From an uncultured Candidatus Saccharibacteria bacterium (lineage in GTDB: Bacteria > Patescibacteriota > WWE3 > UBA101185 > UBA10185): a stretch of 64,000 nt of DNA. A model generated the notes under the pieces. That model had not been told where the DNA came from. It made no database searches and saw only the letters and a list, made by a program, of their open reading frames with translations. The DNA lies in assembly GCA_964490125.1 (NCBI GenBank), contig CAZBAJ010000001.1, positions 152,243-216,242 on the forward strand, given 5' to 3'. Made by a program: the position numbers and the translations under genes. How positions within the stretch are numbered: position 1 is the first letter of the stretch; every line of letters begins with the position of its first letter. Positions 35,080-45,335 of this stretch are shown here, piece by piece.

Positions 35080-35976
35080 ATGAACATCTACAACCGTATC
35101 GACGAAAACAAAAGACAAACTGTCTACATAATGCTGGCTTTTACCGCCGTAATTTCCGCGGTTGGTTATTTTGCCGGGCAGTATTTTGGCGACGGTTCCG
35201 GATTCACCTTTTTAGGTGGGGCGCTCATCTTTAGTGGAATTTCCGGCTTTATTAGCTACTACCAAAGCGACAAAATAGTTTTGGCAATTTCCGGGGCAAA
35301 AGAAGTTAAAGAGTCGGACAATCCTTATATACACAACTTGGTAGAAAATTTATGCATTGGTTCCGGTCTGCCCAAACCAAAAATTTATGTTATTAACGAC
35401 TCTGCTATGAACGCCTTTGCCACCGGTCGCGATCCAAATCATGCGGTAATTTGTTTTACTACAGGAATTATTGAGCGACTTAACAAGCTGGAATTGGAAG
35501 GTGTAACCGCGCACGAGCTTTCTCACATTGGTAATTACGACATTAGATTTATGTCGGTGGTGAGTGTTTTAGTTGGTACGGTGGTGCTACTTTCCGACTG
35601 GTTCACCCGAGGCATGTTTTACGGTAGAGGCAGAAAAAGCGACAGAAGTGAAGGTTCGGGACTCTTGATGCTGGTGGGGTTGTTTTTTCTGATTTTAAGT
35701 CCAATAATTGCTACTCTAATTAAGCTTGCTTTAAGTCGGTCTAGGGAATATTTGGCGGACTCTTCTGCGGTCCTTTTAACCCGTTATCCTAAAGGTTTGG
35801 CGGATGCATTAAGAAAAATTTCCGGCGACCGAGAAGTGTTAGAAGCCGCTAACGGAGCCACGGCGCATCTTTACATAACAAACCCGCTAAAGGGCGAACA
35901 GGCTAGTTTTGTGGCAAATTTATTTAGCACCCATCCACCGGTTGCGGAGCGCATCAAAAAGCTGGAGGAAATGTAA
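35080..35976 (+). CDS. htpX: M48 zinc metalloprotease HtpX
   Basis: NAFATG, HELSH, REYLAD, STHPP. Confidence 0.96.
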   Translation: MNIYNRIDENKRQTVYIMLAFTAVISAVGYFAGQYFGDGSGFTFLGGALIFSGISGFISYYQSDKIVLAISGAKEVKESDNPYIHNLVENLCIGSGLPKPKIYVINDSAMNAFATGRDPNHAVICFTTGIIERLNKLELEGVTAHELSHIGNYDIRFMSVVSVLVGTVVLLSDWFTRGMFYGRGRKSDRSEGSGLLMLVGLFFLILSPIIATLIKLALSRSREYLADSSAVLLTRYPKGLADALRKISGDREVLEAANGATAHLYITNPLKGEQASFVANLFSTHPPVAERIKKLEEM

Positions 35977-36279
35977 ATGGCTAATGTAAAGCTTTCTGTT
36001 GACGAGGTTTGCGCGATTGCAAAACTAGTAAAACTCCAACTTACAGACGAGGAGATAGAAAAATTTAGGGAAACTATCCCGCAGACTTTGGATGTTATTG
36101 ATATTTTAAAGGAGCTGGATACAGTTACGGTTGTTCCCACAAGTTCGGTTACGGGTTTGTGCAATGTTTACGCGGACGACTCTACTGGGGCAACTCTCCC
36201 GCAGGATTTAGCTCTGTCCAATGCCCATCAAGCAGAAAAAGGTTTGTTTGTAACAAAGGCGGTTTTTGACAGAACATGA
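35977..36279 (+). CDS. gatC: Asp/Glu-tRNA amidotransferase subunit C
   Basis: IAKLVKL, ALSNA; precedes gatA. Confidence 0.88.
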   Translation: MANVKLSVDEVCAIAKLVKLQLTDEEIEKFRETIPQTLDVIDILKELDTVTVVPTSSVTGLCNVYADDSTGATLPQDLALSNAHQAEKGLFVTKAVFDRT

Positions 36280-37682
36280 AGAAATTAAACGAATTAACAG
36301 TTTTAGAGGCGGTGGAGGGTTTAAAGTCGAAAATCTTTACTTCTTACGACCTTACCAAGGCTTGTTTGGATCAGATTGCCGACTTTGACGATGAACTAAA
36401 AGCCTTTGTAACCATTCTTAAAGCAGAAGCGCTAGTGCAAGCCGATTCGGCGGATAGAATAATCGACAGGTTAGGTGTTGACGCCTTCACAAGTCAGCCT
36501 TTACTGGGAATTCCTTATGCCTGCAAAGATAATTATTCAACCAAAGGCGTTAAGACCACCGCATCGTCAAGAATGCTAGAAAACTACATTCCGCCGTCTG
36601 AATCCACGGTCACAGAAAAACTAAGCAAAGCAGGCGCAATAATGCTTGGTAAAACTAATATGGACGCTTTTGCACACGGGTCGTCCACAGAAACCTCCGA
36701 TTTTTTTAAAACTAAAAATCCTCACGACAAAACAAGATCGCCAGGTGGATCTTCCGGGGGCTCTGCTTGTGCCGTTGCCTCAAACATGTGTATTTTTGCA
36801 ACTGGTTCAGAAACCGCCGGGAGTTTAAGGGGTCCTGCCAGTTGGTGTGGTATTGTAGGGTTAAAACCAACTTACGGAAGGGTTAGTAGATACGGGTTGA
36901 TTGCCATGGCTTCGTCAACCGATTCTCCCGGTCCGCTTACAAAAACTGTTCAAGATGGCGCTTATATTTTAAAAGTAATTGCCGGCAAAGATTCTTTGGA
37001 TGCCACATCCTCTCCAACATCCGTAGAAGATTATTCAACAATTGATGTTAGAAACCTTACGGGTATTAAAATTGGTCGACCGAGAAGTTATTTTGGAATT
37101 GAATTAGAGCCAGCAGTGCGACAAAAAGCGGAGGAATTTTTGACAATGCTAAAAGAGCATGGGGCGGAAGTAGTGGATATGGAACTTCTATCGCCCAAAT
37201 ACTCCATTGCGGTTTACACCGTTTTACAGAGGTCGGAGGTTTCCTCAAATTTAGCAAGACTTGACGGGATAAGGTATGGAAATTCCAGGGAATTTTTTGG
37301 CCACGAGGCAAAAAATAGAATGATGTTGGGGGCATATACTTTAAGTGCAGGTTATTACGATGCTTATTATGCCAAAGCGCAAAAAGTTAGGACGCTAATC
37401 GTTAACGATTTTAATACAGCTTTTAGTAAGGTTGACTTAATAGTAGGTCCCACGATGCCTTGTACCGCGTTAAAGTTAGGAGAAAGCCAGAAATCCCCGA
37501 TATTTGGGGAGCTGATGGATGTTCTGGCGGAACCAAGCTCCATCGCAGGACTTCCGGCAATTTCTATCCCTTTTGGTGTTGATGATAAAAATTTGCCAAT
37601 TGGAATGCAGTTTATAGGTCCGCAATTTAGCGAGAAAAAACTTATTGAAGTAGCAAATTTCGTGGAGAAAACATGTCGTTAG
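36276..37682 (+). CDS. gatA: Asp/Glu-tRNA amidotransferase subunit A
   Basis: GKTNMD, GGSSGGS, LKPTYGRVSRYG, SSNLARLDG. Confidence 0.97.
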   Translation: MKKLNELTVLEAVEGLKSKIFTSYDLTKACLDQIADFDDELKAFVTILKAEALVQADSADRIIDRLGVDAFTSQPLLGIPYACKDNYSTKGVKTTASSRMLENYIPPSESTVTEKLSKAGAIMLGKTNMDAFAHGSSTETSDFFKTKNPHDKTRSPGGSSGGSACAVASNMCIFATGSETAGSLRGPASWCGIVGLKPTYGRVSRYGLIAMASSTDSPGPLTKTVQDGAYILKVIAGKDSLDATSSPTSVEDYSTIDVRNLTGIKIGRPRSYFGIELEPAVRQKAEEFLTMLKEHGAEVVDMELLSPKYSIAVYTVLQRSEVSSNLARLDGIRYGNSREFFGHEAKNRMMLGAYTLSAGYYDAYYAKAQKVRTLIVNDFNTAFSKVDLIVGPTMPCTALKLGESQKSPIFGELMDVLAEPSSIAGLPAISIPFGVDDKNLPIGMQFIGPQFSEKKLIEVANFVEKTCR

Positions 37683-38071
37683 CAGCATTTGTTAAAAAAG
37701 TCGTCAATTTTTTGCTTGGTAAAAAAACGGTTAGTGCCAGGGTTTTGGCTATGGTAACGCGTGATTGGCAGGAGATTGCTACATTGCTTAAGGGCGACTC
37801 GCCAAGTCAATTAAAGCAGGCGCTAATTATGGCGGACAGATCGTTGGACTCCGTGCTTAAAGATTTGGTTTCAGGGCAAACTATGGGCGACAGATTAAAA
37901 AATGCCAAAAATCTGTTTAGTCCCCAGTCGTACGACAAAATTTGGCAAGCCCACAAGTTAAGAAACTCCTTGGTGCATGAGAGTGGTTTTGAGGCTCAAG
38001 GCTTTATCATTAAAAACGCGGTCGGGCAATTTAAAGGAGCCATGAACGAGCTGGGTATTAAGGGGATATAA
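37673..38071 (+). CDS. Hypothetical protein with HEPN-like R-x4-H motif
   Basis: AHKLRNSLVHE. Confidence 0.6.
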   Translation: MSLAAFVKKVVNFLLGKKTVSARVLAMVTRDWQEIATLLKGDSPSQLKQALIMADRSLDSVLKDLVSGQTMGDRLKNAKNLFSPQSYDKIWQAHKLRNSLVHESGFEAQGFIIKNAVGQFKGAMNELGIKGI

Positions 38072-38074
38072 CTT

Positions 38075-38293
38075 ATGGATAGCATAAAAATAGAGGCAAC
38101 ACTGCCGATAAAATACCAAAGGGATGGAAAGTATTATATAGCTGGGATTAAATCGGCCAATCTATTTTCTTCTGGTGATTCTTATCAATCTGCATGTGAT
38201 GATTTGCTAGAGACAACGGAAATTCTTATGGAAGAAGTGTTTGGTCCTAAAAAGCGAAACTCGTATAAAATAAGTTATCTTAAGGAAAAATAA
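38075..38293 (+). CDS. HicB-like small protein
   Basis: DGKYYIA...SSGDSYQSA pattern resembles the HicB N-terminal domain. Confidence 0.5.
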   Translation: MDSIKIEATLPIKYQRDGKYYIAGIKSANLFSSGDSYQSACDDLLETTEILMEEVFGPKKRNSYKISYLKEK

Positions 38294-39616
38294 ATGTACA
38301 GACTAACATTAGGTCTAGAAATCCATATTCAGGTCAATTCTGCTAAAAAAATGTTCTGTGGGTGCGATGCTAATATCTGGCAGGCGGAGCCTAACACTCA
38401 CACCTGTCCAACCTGTTTAGGACTGCCGGGAGCATTGCCGGTGCCAAATTTTGAGTCCGTTCAAAAAACTCAAGTTTTAGGTCTTGCCCTAAATTGTCGC
38501 CTTAATAAAAATAGTCATTTTGACCGAAAGCATTATTTTTATCCAGATTTGCCAAAAGGCTATCAGATTAGTCAGTATAAAGAACCTTTGTGCGGGGAAG
38601 GTTTTTTGGACTTAAAAAGCGGTAAACGGGCGCAAATCGAGCGGATTCATTTGGAGGAGGACACGGCAAAATCTTTTCATGAGGGTAATAAAACACTAAT
38701 AGACTTTAATAAGTCGGGTATTTCGCTAATGGAAATTGTTACAACCCCATGTTTTACAGATGTGGCGGATGCGGTTGACTTTTGTAAGAAAATTCAGGAC
38801 ATTGCGCGGGTTCTAGGTGTTAGTGACGCCGATATGGAAAAGGGCAATATGCGGTTGGAGGCAAACATTTCTTTGCGGACGGCGCAGATGGAGGCGCAAG
38901 GCGAGTTGGCAAAATATAAAGTGGAGGTTAAAAATATTAATTCCTTTAGATTTATGGAGAAGGCGGTTTTGTTTGAGGTTAAGAGGCAGGGCGACTTATT
39001 GGACGCAGGTCAAACGCCTAAACAGGAAAATCGGGGTTGGGATGAAAGAAAGGGCGGTACGGTTTCCCAGCGTGATAAGGAAGAAGCTCACGACTATCGA
39101 TATTTCCCTGACCCTGATATCCCACCCATGGTTTTTGAGAACAAGTATTTTGACGACTTAAAAAAGAGCTTACCTGAACTTCCTTATCAATTGCGGACTA
39201 GGTTGATTGTAAGTTACGGTTTAAATCCAGCCTCCGCGGACTTTTTTTCTACAGGTTTTGGAATTGAGCTTGCTAAAAAGTTTGAAGAAGTCGCCAAAAA
39301 AGTGCCAGACTACCAAAAAGTCGCCAATTTAATGATTAACAAGGTTGAATATCGAGACATGTCCGTTGACCAACTCGTTCTGGCATTGTCCAACGAGATG
39401 CAATTATCGGAAGCACCCTTGGATTTAGATGTTACCGATGTGATGGATAAGGTCCTTAAAGAAAACCCAACCGCCATCCAGAGTTATAAAGCAGGTAAAC
39501 AAGGTTCCTTTGAGTTTTTGCTTGGGCAGACGGTTAAATCGCTAGGTACTAAAACCGATATGGTCAAACTTCGTCAAAAATTGGTAGAGAAATTAAGAAT
39601 AGCCTCTAATCCTTGA
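38294..39616 (+). CDS. gatB: Asp/Glu-tRNA amidotransferase subunit B
   Basis: GLEIH, FDRKHYFYPDLPKGYQISQ, HLEED, DYRYFPDPD. Confidence 0.98.
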   Translation: MYRLTLGLEIHIQVNSAKKMFCGCDANIWQAEPNTHTCPTCLGLPGALPVPNFESVQKTQVLGLALNCRLNKNSHFDRKHYFYPDLPKGYQISQYKEPLCGEGFLDLKSGKRAQIERIHLEEDTAKSFHEGNKTLIDFNKSGISLMEIVTTPCFTDVADAVDFCKKIQDIARVLGVSDADMEKGNMRLEANISLRTAQMEAQGELAKYKVEVKNINSFRFMEKAVLFEVKRQGDLLDAGQTPKQENRGWDERKGGTVSQRDKEEAHDYRYFPDPDIPPMVFENKYFDDLKKSLPELPYQLRTRLIVSYGLNPASADFFSTGFGIELAKKFEEVAKKVPDYQKVANLMINKVEYRDMSVDQLVLALSNEMQLSEAPLDLDVTDVMDKVLKENPTAIQSYKAGKQGSFEFLLGQTVKSLGTKTDMVKLRQKLVEKLRIASNP

Positions 39617-39632
39617 GTGTTATAATCCCTGC

Positions 39633-41471
39633 ATGGACTTAAAGTTTAGTTTTACCGACCCTAAATACCAGCATATTACCAGCATGGACCAGGTGGTTAA
39701 GGCGGTAGAAGAGCTGGAAAAACACCAAATGCTGGGCGTTGACATTGAGGGTACGGGCTTAGACCCATACACCGATAAACTTTTGCTCTTGCAGATCGGT
39801 ACGGACGAAGTAAGTTATATTTTTGACGCTCAAGTCATGCCACTTTACGGTATAGAGCCACTAATTAACCTTTTAGAAAACCCAAAGATTATTAAGATTA
39901 TGCAAAATGGTAAGTTTGACTATGGATTCATAAAATTGCAGGTCGGTGCAAAAATTAATAATATTTTTGACACGATGTTAGCGGAGGGCGTTTTAACGGC
40001 GGGCTTAAAGCGGCCACAATCTTTAGCGGCACTTTCGGAGCAATATTTAGAAACCAGGCTTGATAAGTCCACCAGAAAAAGCTTTGAGGAATTAAAAACC
40101 CAAATATCCGAGTCGCAATTAAAATATTCCGCGTTAGATACTTTAGTGCTTTTCCCCATTTTTGAGGCGCAATACAAGCGACTTCAGGAGGAGAAACTTA
40201 TTAATATTGCTAAACTAGAATTTGCCGTAACCACGGTTGTAGCAGAAATGGAGCTGTATGGCATTTATATCGATGTCCCTAAATGGCGCGGAATTATAAC
40301 TAATCTTAGAAAAAAGCACGCCGAATATTTATTTAACTTTCAGGAAGCGGTACGGCCGTTATACGAAACATCCCAAGTTGATTTATTTGGTCAGCACGCC
40401 GATGTTATAAATACTAACAGCAACACACAATTATTGGATCTCTTTAATAATAAACTGCATCTAGGAATTCTATCTACGGGCGACGAGGTGCTAATGAGTC
40501 TGAACCATCCGGTAGCAAAAATCTTACGCGACTACCGGGCTTATACCAAACTTATTACTTCTTTTGGCGACAATTTGCTGGCAAAAGTCAATAAAAAAAC
40601 CGGTCGACTGCACCCGGATTTTATGCAACTTGGAGCCGCTACTGGTAGATTTGCCTGCTCCAACCCAAACTTGCAACAAATTCCCCGAAATTCCGAAGAA
40701 GCCCCGTTTAGACAATGTTTTGTACCGGCAAGTGGCTATAAACTGGTGGTAACGGATTATTCGTCAATGGAGATGCGTATTTTGGCTGACCTTTCCGGCG
40801 ATGTAAAAATGATTGATGCGCTAAAAAATAATTTAGACATCCATTCCTACACGGCGGCTTTGATGTTTGGTAAAGAATACACGCCGGACTTTAAAAAGAA
40901 ATACCCGGAACTTCGTCAAATTGCCAAGCCTATTGGTTTTGGGCTAATGTACGGCATGGGTCCTATGGGTTTAGCAAAGCGACTTGAGCAAGAAATGGGC
41001 AGGGAAGTGACAAAAGAAGAGGGAGCGGATTACATGAATAAATATTTTTCCTCGTATCCGTCTGTGCGGACTTTTTTGGACAGGACGGCAAACGAGGCAG
41101 TTTTGCGTGGCTGGAGCATGACGCCGGCAGGCAGAAAAAGATGGTACAAAAAACCGGATCCCAGCGATCCCGATTTCAAAAAACATAATGCACAAATACA
41201 GCGGGAAGCAAAAAACCACCCCATTCAAGGTACTAACGCAGATGTTATAAAATACGCATTAGTATTTATTCATGAACGCCTTAAAAAAGAGGGTATTCAA
41301 GGCGCCATTACGCACACCGTGCATGACGAGGTAGTTACGGAAGTCCGAGCAGACCAGGCGGAGGATTGGGCAAAATGTCAGCAAGAAGAGATGGTGCGGG
41401 CAGGGGAATTGGTAATTAAAAAGGTGCCTGTGGTTTCTGATCCGGTAGTTGGTGATGTGTGGGAGCACTAA
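39633..41471 (+). CDS. polA: Family A DNA polymerase (3'-5' exonuclease plus polymerase, no 5' nuclease)
   Basis: DIE exo I, TGRF-x-x-SNPNLQQIP, DYSSMEMR, AK-x-x-x-FGLMYG, NHPIQGT, VHDE. Confidence 0.92.
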   Translation: MDLKFSFTDPKYQHITSMDQVVKAVEELEKHQMLGVDIEGTGLDPYTDKLLLLQIGTDEVSYIFDAQVMPLYGIEPLINLLENPKIIKIMQNGKFDYGFIKLQVGAKINNIFDTMLAEGVLTAGLKRPQSLAALSEQYLETRLDKSTRKSFEELKTQISESQLKYSALDTLVLFPIFEAQYKRLQEEKLINIAKLEFAVTTVVAEMELYGIYIDVPKWRGIITNLRKKHAEYLFNFQEAVRPLYETSQVDLFGQHADVINTNSNTQLLDLFNNKLHLGILSTGDEVLMSLNHPVAKILRDYRAYTKLITSFGDNLLAKVNKKTGRLHPDFMQLGAATGRFACSNPNLQQIPRNSEEAPFRQCFVPASGYKLVVTDYSSMEMRILADLSGDVKMIDALKNNLDIHSYTAALMFGKEYTPDFKKKYPELRQIAKPIGFGLMYGMGPMGLAKRLEQEMGREVTKEEGADYMNKYFSSYPSVRTFLDRTANEAVLRGWSMTPAGRKRWYKKPDPSDPDFKKHNAQIQREAKNHPIQGTNADVIKYALVFIHERLKKEGIQGAITHTVHDEVVTEVRADQAEDWAKCQQEEMVRAGELVIKKVPVVSDPVVGDVWEH

Positions 41472-41587
41472 CGGAGGATGCTTCAAGCGGTGGAGGTTTC
41501 CCGAGAAGACATGGGAAACCGAACACAATCTTAAGTCGTTTAGCACACACATTGCGCAACTGCTAAAGATATGCTAGGCTTTTATCT

Positions 41588-43702
41588 ATGGTAATCTGTC
41601 AACGCTGCGGGCAAAATCCCGCCACCGTAACAACTTATAAAATAATCGACGGCAGGCAAATATATTTAGCTTTGTGTGAGGCCTGCAATTTTGAATTGTC
41701 TCAAGTTTCTTCCGGTTCGGCTACTACGCTGGACAAATATGGTCGCGACCTTACTATTTTGGCAAAAATGGGCAGATTGGATCCTGTAATTGGTCGCAAA
41801 GAAGAAATTGAGCGACTTGTCCACATTCTTTGTCGTCGTACTAAAAATAACCCTGTATTAATAGGAGATCCTGGAGTTGGTAAAACCGCCATTGTAGAAG
41901 GTTTAGCCCAAAGAATTGTTAGCGGACAGGTTCCGGAACCGTTGCGTGGCAAAAGGGTGTTTGCGCTGGACCTTACAGCCGTTATTGCGGGAACTAATCA
42001 TAGAGGCATGTTTGAAGAGCGACTTAAAAATATTATCGGTGAGGTTATAAAATCCCAAGGTCAAATTATTATGTTTATTGACGAGTTGCACCAAGTGGTT
42101 GGAGCTGGTGCCAGTGGTAGTGCGGAAGCTATGGACGCCGCCAATATTTTAAAACCGTCTTTAGCGCGAGGAGAGTTGCAGTTAGTTGGGGCGACTACAT
42201 TAGATGAGTACCGCAGGTACATTGAGCGGGATGGTGCGCTAGAAAGAAGATTTCAACCAATCATCGTTAAAGAACCGTCACAAGAGGACAGTGTAGAAAT
42301 TTTAAAAGGTTTGCGGGAAAAATACGAGCAACATCATCATGTAAAAATCAGTGACGAGGCGTTGGAAACCGCGGTTAAACTTTCTGCACGGTATGTGTCC
42401 GATAGGTACTTGCCCGATAAAGCCATAGATGTTATGGACGAGGCAGGCGCCCAAGTCCGTCTTACCCAAGTCAAAGAGCCAGAAAATTTAAAAATGGTGG
42501 AACAGCAACTTAAAGACCTTAAAGACCTGCAAAAAACCCAGTTGACGGAGGAAGAAGCCCAAAGAAATAAAGAGCAGGTGGAGGATTTAGAAAAAGTTAA
42601 AAGCGAGCTTGTAGGAATTTGGATGCAGACAAAGCTGGAGGAGATTCCAACTGTGGATAAAACTGCCATAGCAAGAGTTGTTGCCAGAATGACGGGCGTA
42701 CCTGTGGAGGAAGTTTCCGCAATAGAGAAAGAGCGACTTATTAAAATGGAGGAGCTTATTCACGCCCGAATGGTTAATCAGGTAGAGGCGGTAAAAACGG
42801 TAAGTAGCGCCATAAGACGGGCTAGAGCGGGACTTAGGGATCTTAAAAGACCAATTGGAGTTTTTATGTTTATGGGTCCAACTGGCGTTGGTAAAACAGA
42901 GCTGGCAAAGTCCTTGGCGGAAGTGCTTTACGGAAATGAAAGCGCCTTAGTGCGACTGGATATGAGCGAATACATGGAAAAGCATACCGTGTCCAAAATG
43001 ATTGGGGCGCCTCCGGGCTATGTTGGTTACGGTGAAGGCGGTCAGTTGACAGAAATTGTGAGGCGCAAGCCTTTTAGCGTCATTCTGCTGGACGAAATAG
43101 AAAAAGCCCACCCTGATGTCTTTAATGCGCTTTTGCAAATTATGGAGGACGGCAGACTTACAGACAGTAAAGGTCGGGTGGTGGATTTTAAAAACACCAT
43201 CATTATAATGACTTCAAATGTCGGAAGCGATTTACTTAAAAAGTCGGATATTGGCTTTGGTAGCGCGGGTAGACTGGAGTCGACGGGTAAAAAAGAAGAA
43301 ATGGAACGCAAAATAAAAGAGTCGCTTAAAGACACCTTTAAACCGGAATTTCTAAACCGGATAGATGAAATTGTAATGTTCAGTAGTCTAACTAAGGAAG
43401 ATATAAGAAAAATAGTTGGATTGGAGATGGAAAAAGTCAAGAAAATGCTAACAGACAAAAAAGTTACACTTACGGTTGACGACAAAGTGCTGGATTGGCT
43501 TACTGAAGAAGGCTATAACAGCGAATACGGCGCCAGGCCGCTTAAGCGGTTGATCCAAAAAGAGCTGGAGGACAAGCTTTCCCAAATGATTATTGCGGGG
43601 GATGTTTTGGAAGGCGACGATGTTGATGTAGTGATTTCCGACGAGAAAACAATTAAAGTTGCCGTAAAAGAAAAGGCAGTTGTGCAGAATCAGGATTTTT
43701 GA
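41588..43702 (+). CDS. ClpC/ClpE-type AAA+ ATPase with N-terminal Zn finger
   Basis: CQRC...CEAC; GDPGVGKT and GPTGVGKT Walker A motifs; IGF loop; GARPL. Confidence 0.93.
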   Translation: MVICQRCGQNPATVTTYKIIDGRQIYLALCEACNFELSQVSSGSATTLDKYGRDLTILAKMGRLDPVIGRKEEIERLVHILCRRTKNNPVLIGDPGVGKTAIVEGLAQRIVSGQVPEPLRGKRVFALDLTAVIAGTNHRGMFEERLKNIIGEVIKSQGQIIMFIDELHQVVGAGASGSAEAMDAANILKPSLARGELQLVGATTLDEYRRYIERDGALERRFQPIIVKEPSQEDSVEILKGLREKYEQHHHVKISDEALETAVKLSARYVSDRYLPDKAIDVMDEAGAQVRLTQVKEPENLKMVEQQLKDLKDLQKTQLTEEEAQRNKEQVEDLEKVKSELVGIWMQTKLEEIPTVDKTAIARVVARMTGVPVEEVSAIEKERLIKMEELIHARMVNQVEAVKTVSSAIRRARAGLRDLKRPIGVFMFMGPTGVGKTELAKSLAEVLYGNESALVRLDMSEYMEKHTVSKMIGAPPGYVGYGEGGQLTEIVRRKPFSVILLDEIEKAHPDVFNALLQIMEDGRLTDSKGRVVDFKNTIIIMTSNVGSDLLKKSDIGFGSAGRLESTGKKEEMERKIKESLKDTFKPEFLNRIDEIVMFSSLTKEDIRKIVGLEMEKVKKMLTDKKVTLTVDDKVLDWLTEEGYNSEYGARPLKRLIQKELEDKLSQMIIAGDVLEGDDVDVVISDEKTIKVAVKEKAVVQNQDF

Positions 43703-43720
43703 TACTATTCCCACGCACAT

Positions 43721-44182
43721 ATGAAATCTACGGCGCAAAACAGCAAAATACCGGAGTTTAGAGCGGGCGACACAGTTACCGTTCATTATAAAATTATTGA
43801 GGGCGACAAAGTAAGAACCCAGCCTTTTACCGGGATAGTAATTTCAAAGCGGGGTGAGGGTGTATCCAAAACCTTTACAGTGCGACGCATTGGGGCGGAC
43901 GGCGTGGGTGTAGAAAGGATTTTTCCGTTAGCCTCGCCAAATATAGAAAAATTGGTGGTAGAGAAAACCGGTAAAGTACGACGGGCTAAATTGTACTATT
44001 TAAGAGGCAAAGTTGGTCGTCAAGCCACTAAAGTTAAAGAGCGCTTTGGCGACATCATTGTCGCGCCGGAAGTGCCTGCCGAGGTGGAAGAATCGGAGCG
44101 AGCGCAAGATTTAGAAAAAACAGAACACTTGGAAGAGGTTTCAGAACCACAAACTAATGAAGATCAACCAAAGACAGAGTAG
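43721..44182 (+). CDS. rplS: 50S ribosomal protein L19 (acidic C-terminal tail)
   Basis: [19 protein letters not shown]. Confidence 0.98.
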   Translation: MKSTAQNSKIPEFRAGDTVTVHYKIIEGDKVRTQPFTGIVISKRGEGVSKTFTVRRIGADGVGVERIFPLASPNIEKLVVEKTGKVRRAKLYYLRGKVGRQATKVKERFGDIIVAPEVPAEVEESERAQDLEKTEHLEEVSEPQTNEDQPKTE

Positions 44183-44196
44183 TAGCCGATGGAATC

Positions 44197-44742
44197 TCAC
44201 CTTACTGGTATTAATTGATTCATGTCTAGTTTAAAAACCCTTGAGGGTAAATTATTAAGAACACCACCATCAAGGTAAAAATCCACGGATTTTCCAAAAT
44301 ACGCTTGTGCCTGTTTAATATCGCTGGCTGGTGTCTTGGAACTAGGGTTGGCGGATGTTGATACCAAAGGTCCTGTTTGTGTCAGCAAAGTCAAAAGCGG
44401 TTTCTAGGCGGGTAAGCGAAAGGCTAGGGATTTAGTTCCTCGGTGCAGGTACTCGAATCGTTCATTGGTTACGGGGAGGATGATGCTGTTTGGTCCTGGC
44501 CAATAATTAGCCAAGAGTTCGGATAATTTTTCGTCAACTGTAACACCATAACTTTTTAAGTCGTCCAAGGAAGAAATTAGTATTATAAAGGGCTTTGCTC
44601 GGTCGCGCCCTTTTAAGTCGTAAATTCTCTCAACCGCGCCTTTATTAGTAGCCAAGCAGTGAAGTCCGTAAATTGTGTCAGTTGGTAAAACCGCAATACC
44701 GCCATTTAGTAAGATTTTGCCCGCTTTCTCCCAGTCGTCCAT
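44197..44742 (-). pseudogene. tsaC: Threonylcarbamoyl-AMP synthase (YrdC/Sua5) interrupted by an in-frame TAG at 44404-44406
   Basis: PTDTIYGL, K-x-R-x-x-x-KP, WPGP, then RLPA*KPLL...STSAN, PSR in the same frame. Confidence 0.85.
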
Positions 44743-44884
44743 ATTTGACATTATCTCATACAAATGTGTGCTATAATGAACTCGCTCTAAAATGCAAGAA
44801 AGCGTGAGTTCCAAACCTTTATGTTTTTCCCAGATTTTAGATATTATCAAGTTAAAATGAAGGCGGTGAATAGAATTTAAGAAC

Positions 44885-45229
44885 ATGACCAAACTATATG
44901 TAGGCAATTTGCCTTATAGTTACAATGACGATGCGTTAAAGCAGTTGTTTTCTGCTTACGGCGATGTTGTTGCAACAATTATAATTGACAGAATGACTGG
45001 AAGAAGCAAAGGTTTTGGATTTGTAGAAGTGAGCGAAGAGCATGCACAGACTGCAATTTCCGAAATGAATGGTAAGGATTTAGAAGGTAGAGCGATAGTA
45101 GTAAATGAAGCCAGACCCATGACTGAAAGACCCAAAAGAGATTTTGGTGGCGACAGAGGTGGTTACGGTGACAGGAGAGGCGGTGGAGACAGGGGTGGAG
45201 ATAGAGGCGGATTTAGGAATAGATACTAA
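44885..45229 (+). CDS. RRM RNA-binding protein with RGG tail
   Basis: KLYVGNL (RNP2), KGFGFVE (RNP1), VNEARP, GGDRGG repeats. Confidence 0.96.
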   Translation: MTKLYVGNLPYSYNDDALKQLFSAYGDVVATIIIDRMTGRSKGFGFVEVSEEHAQTAISEMNGKDLEGRAIVVNEARPMTERPKRDFGGDRGGYGDRRGGGDRGGDRGGFRNRY

Positions 45230-45244
45230 AGGTTGACTGTCTTT

Positions 45245-45297
45245 TTTCCCGCCACGGGCGGGAAACCTTGATCGGCTGGGTAACTCCAGCCGATTTT
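45245..45297 (+). terminator. Tandem hairpins after the RRM gene
   Basis: TTTCCCGCC-ACG-GGCGGGAAA and ATCGGCTGG-GTAACT-CCAGCCGAT followed by TTT. Confidence 0.65.
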
Positions 45298-45335
45298 GGT
45301 TGATTTTAGGTGGTTTGGGTGGTTAAATGGTCAAC

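Noticed and set aside
44404-44406. Genome-wide stop codon reassignment
   Set aside because: TAG, TGA and TAA all end conserved genes at the expected positions and other ORFs are intact under code 11
45145-45226. GGDRGG nucleotide repeats as a repeat element
   Set aside because: Explained by the RGG tail of the RRM protein
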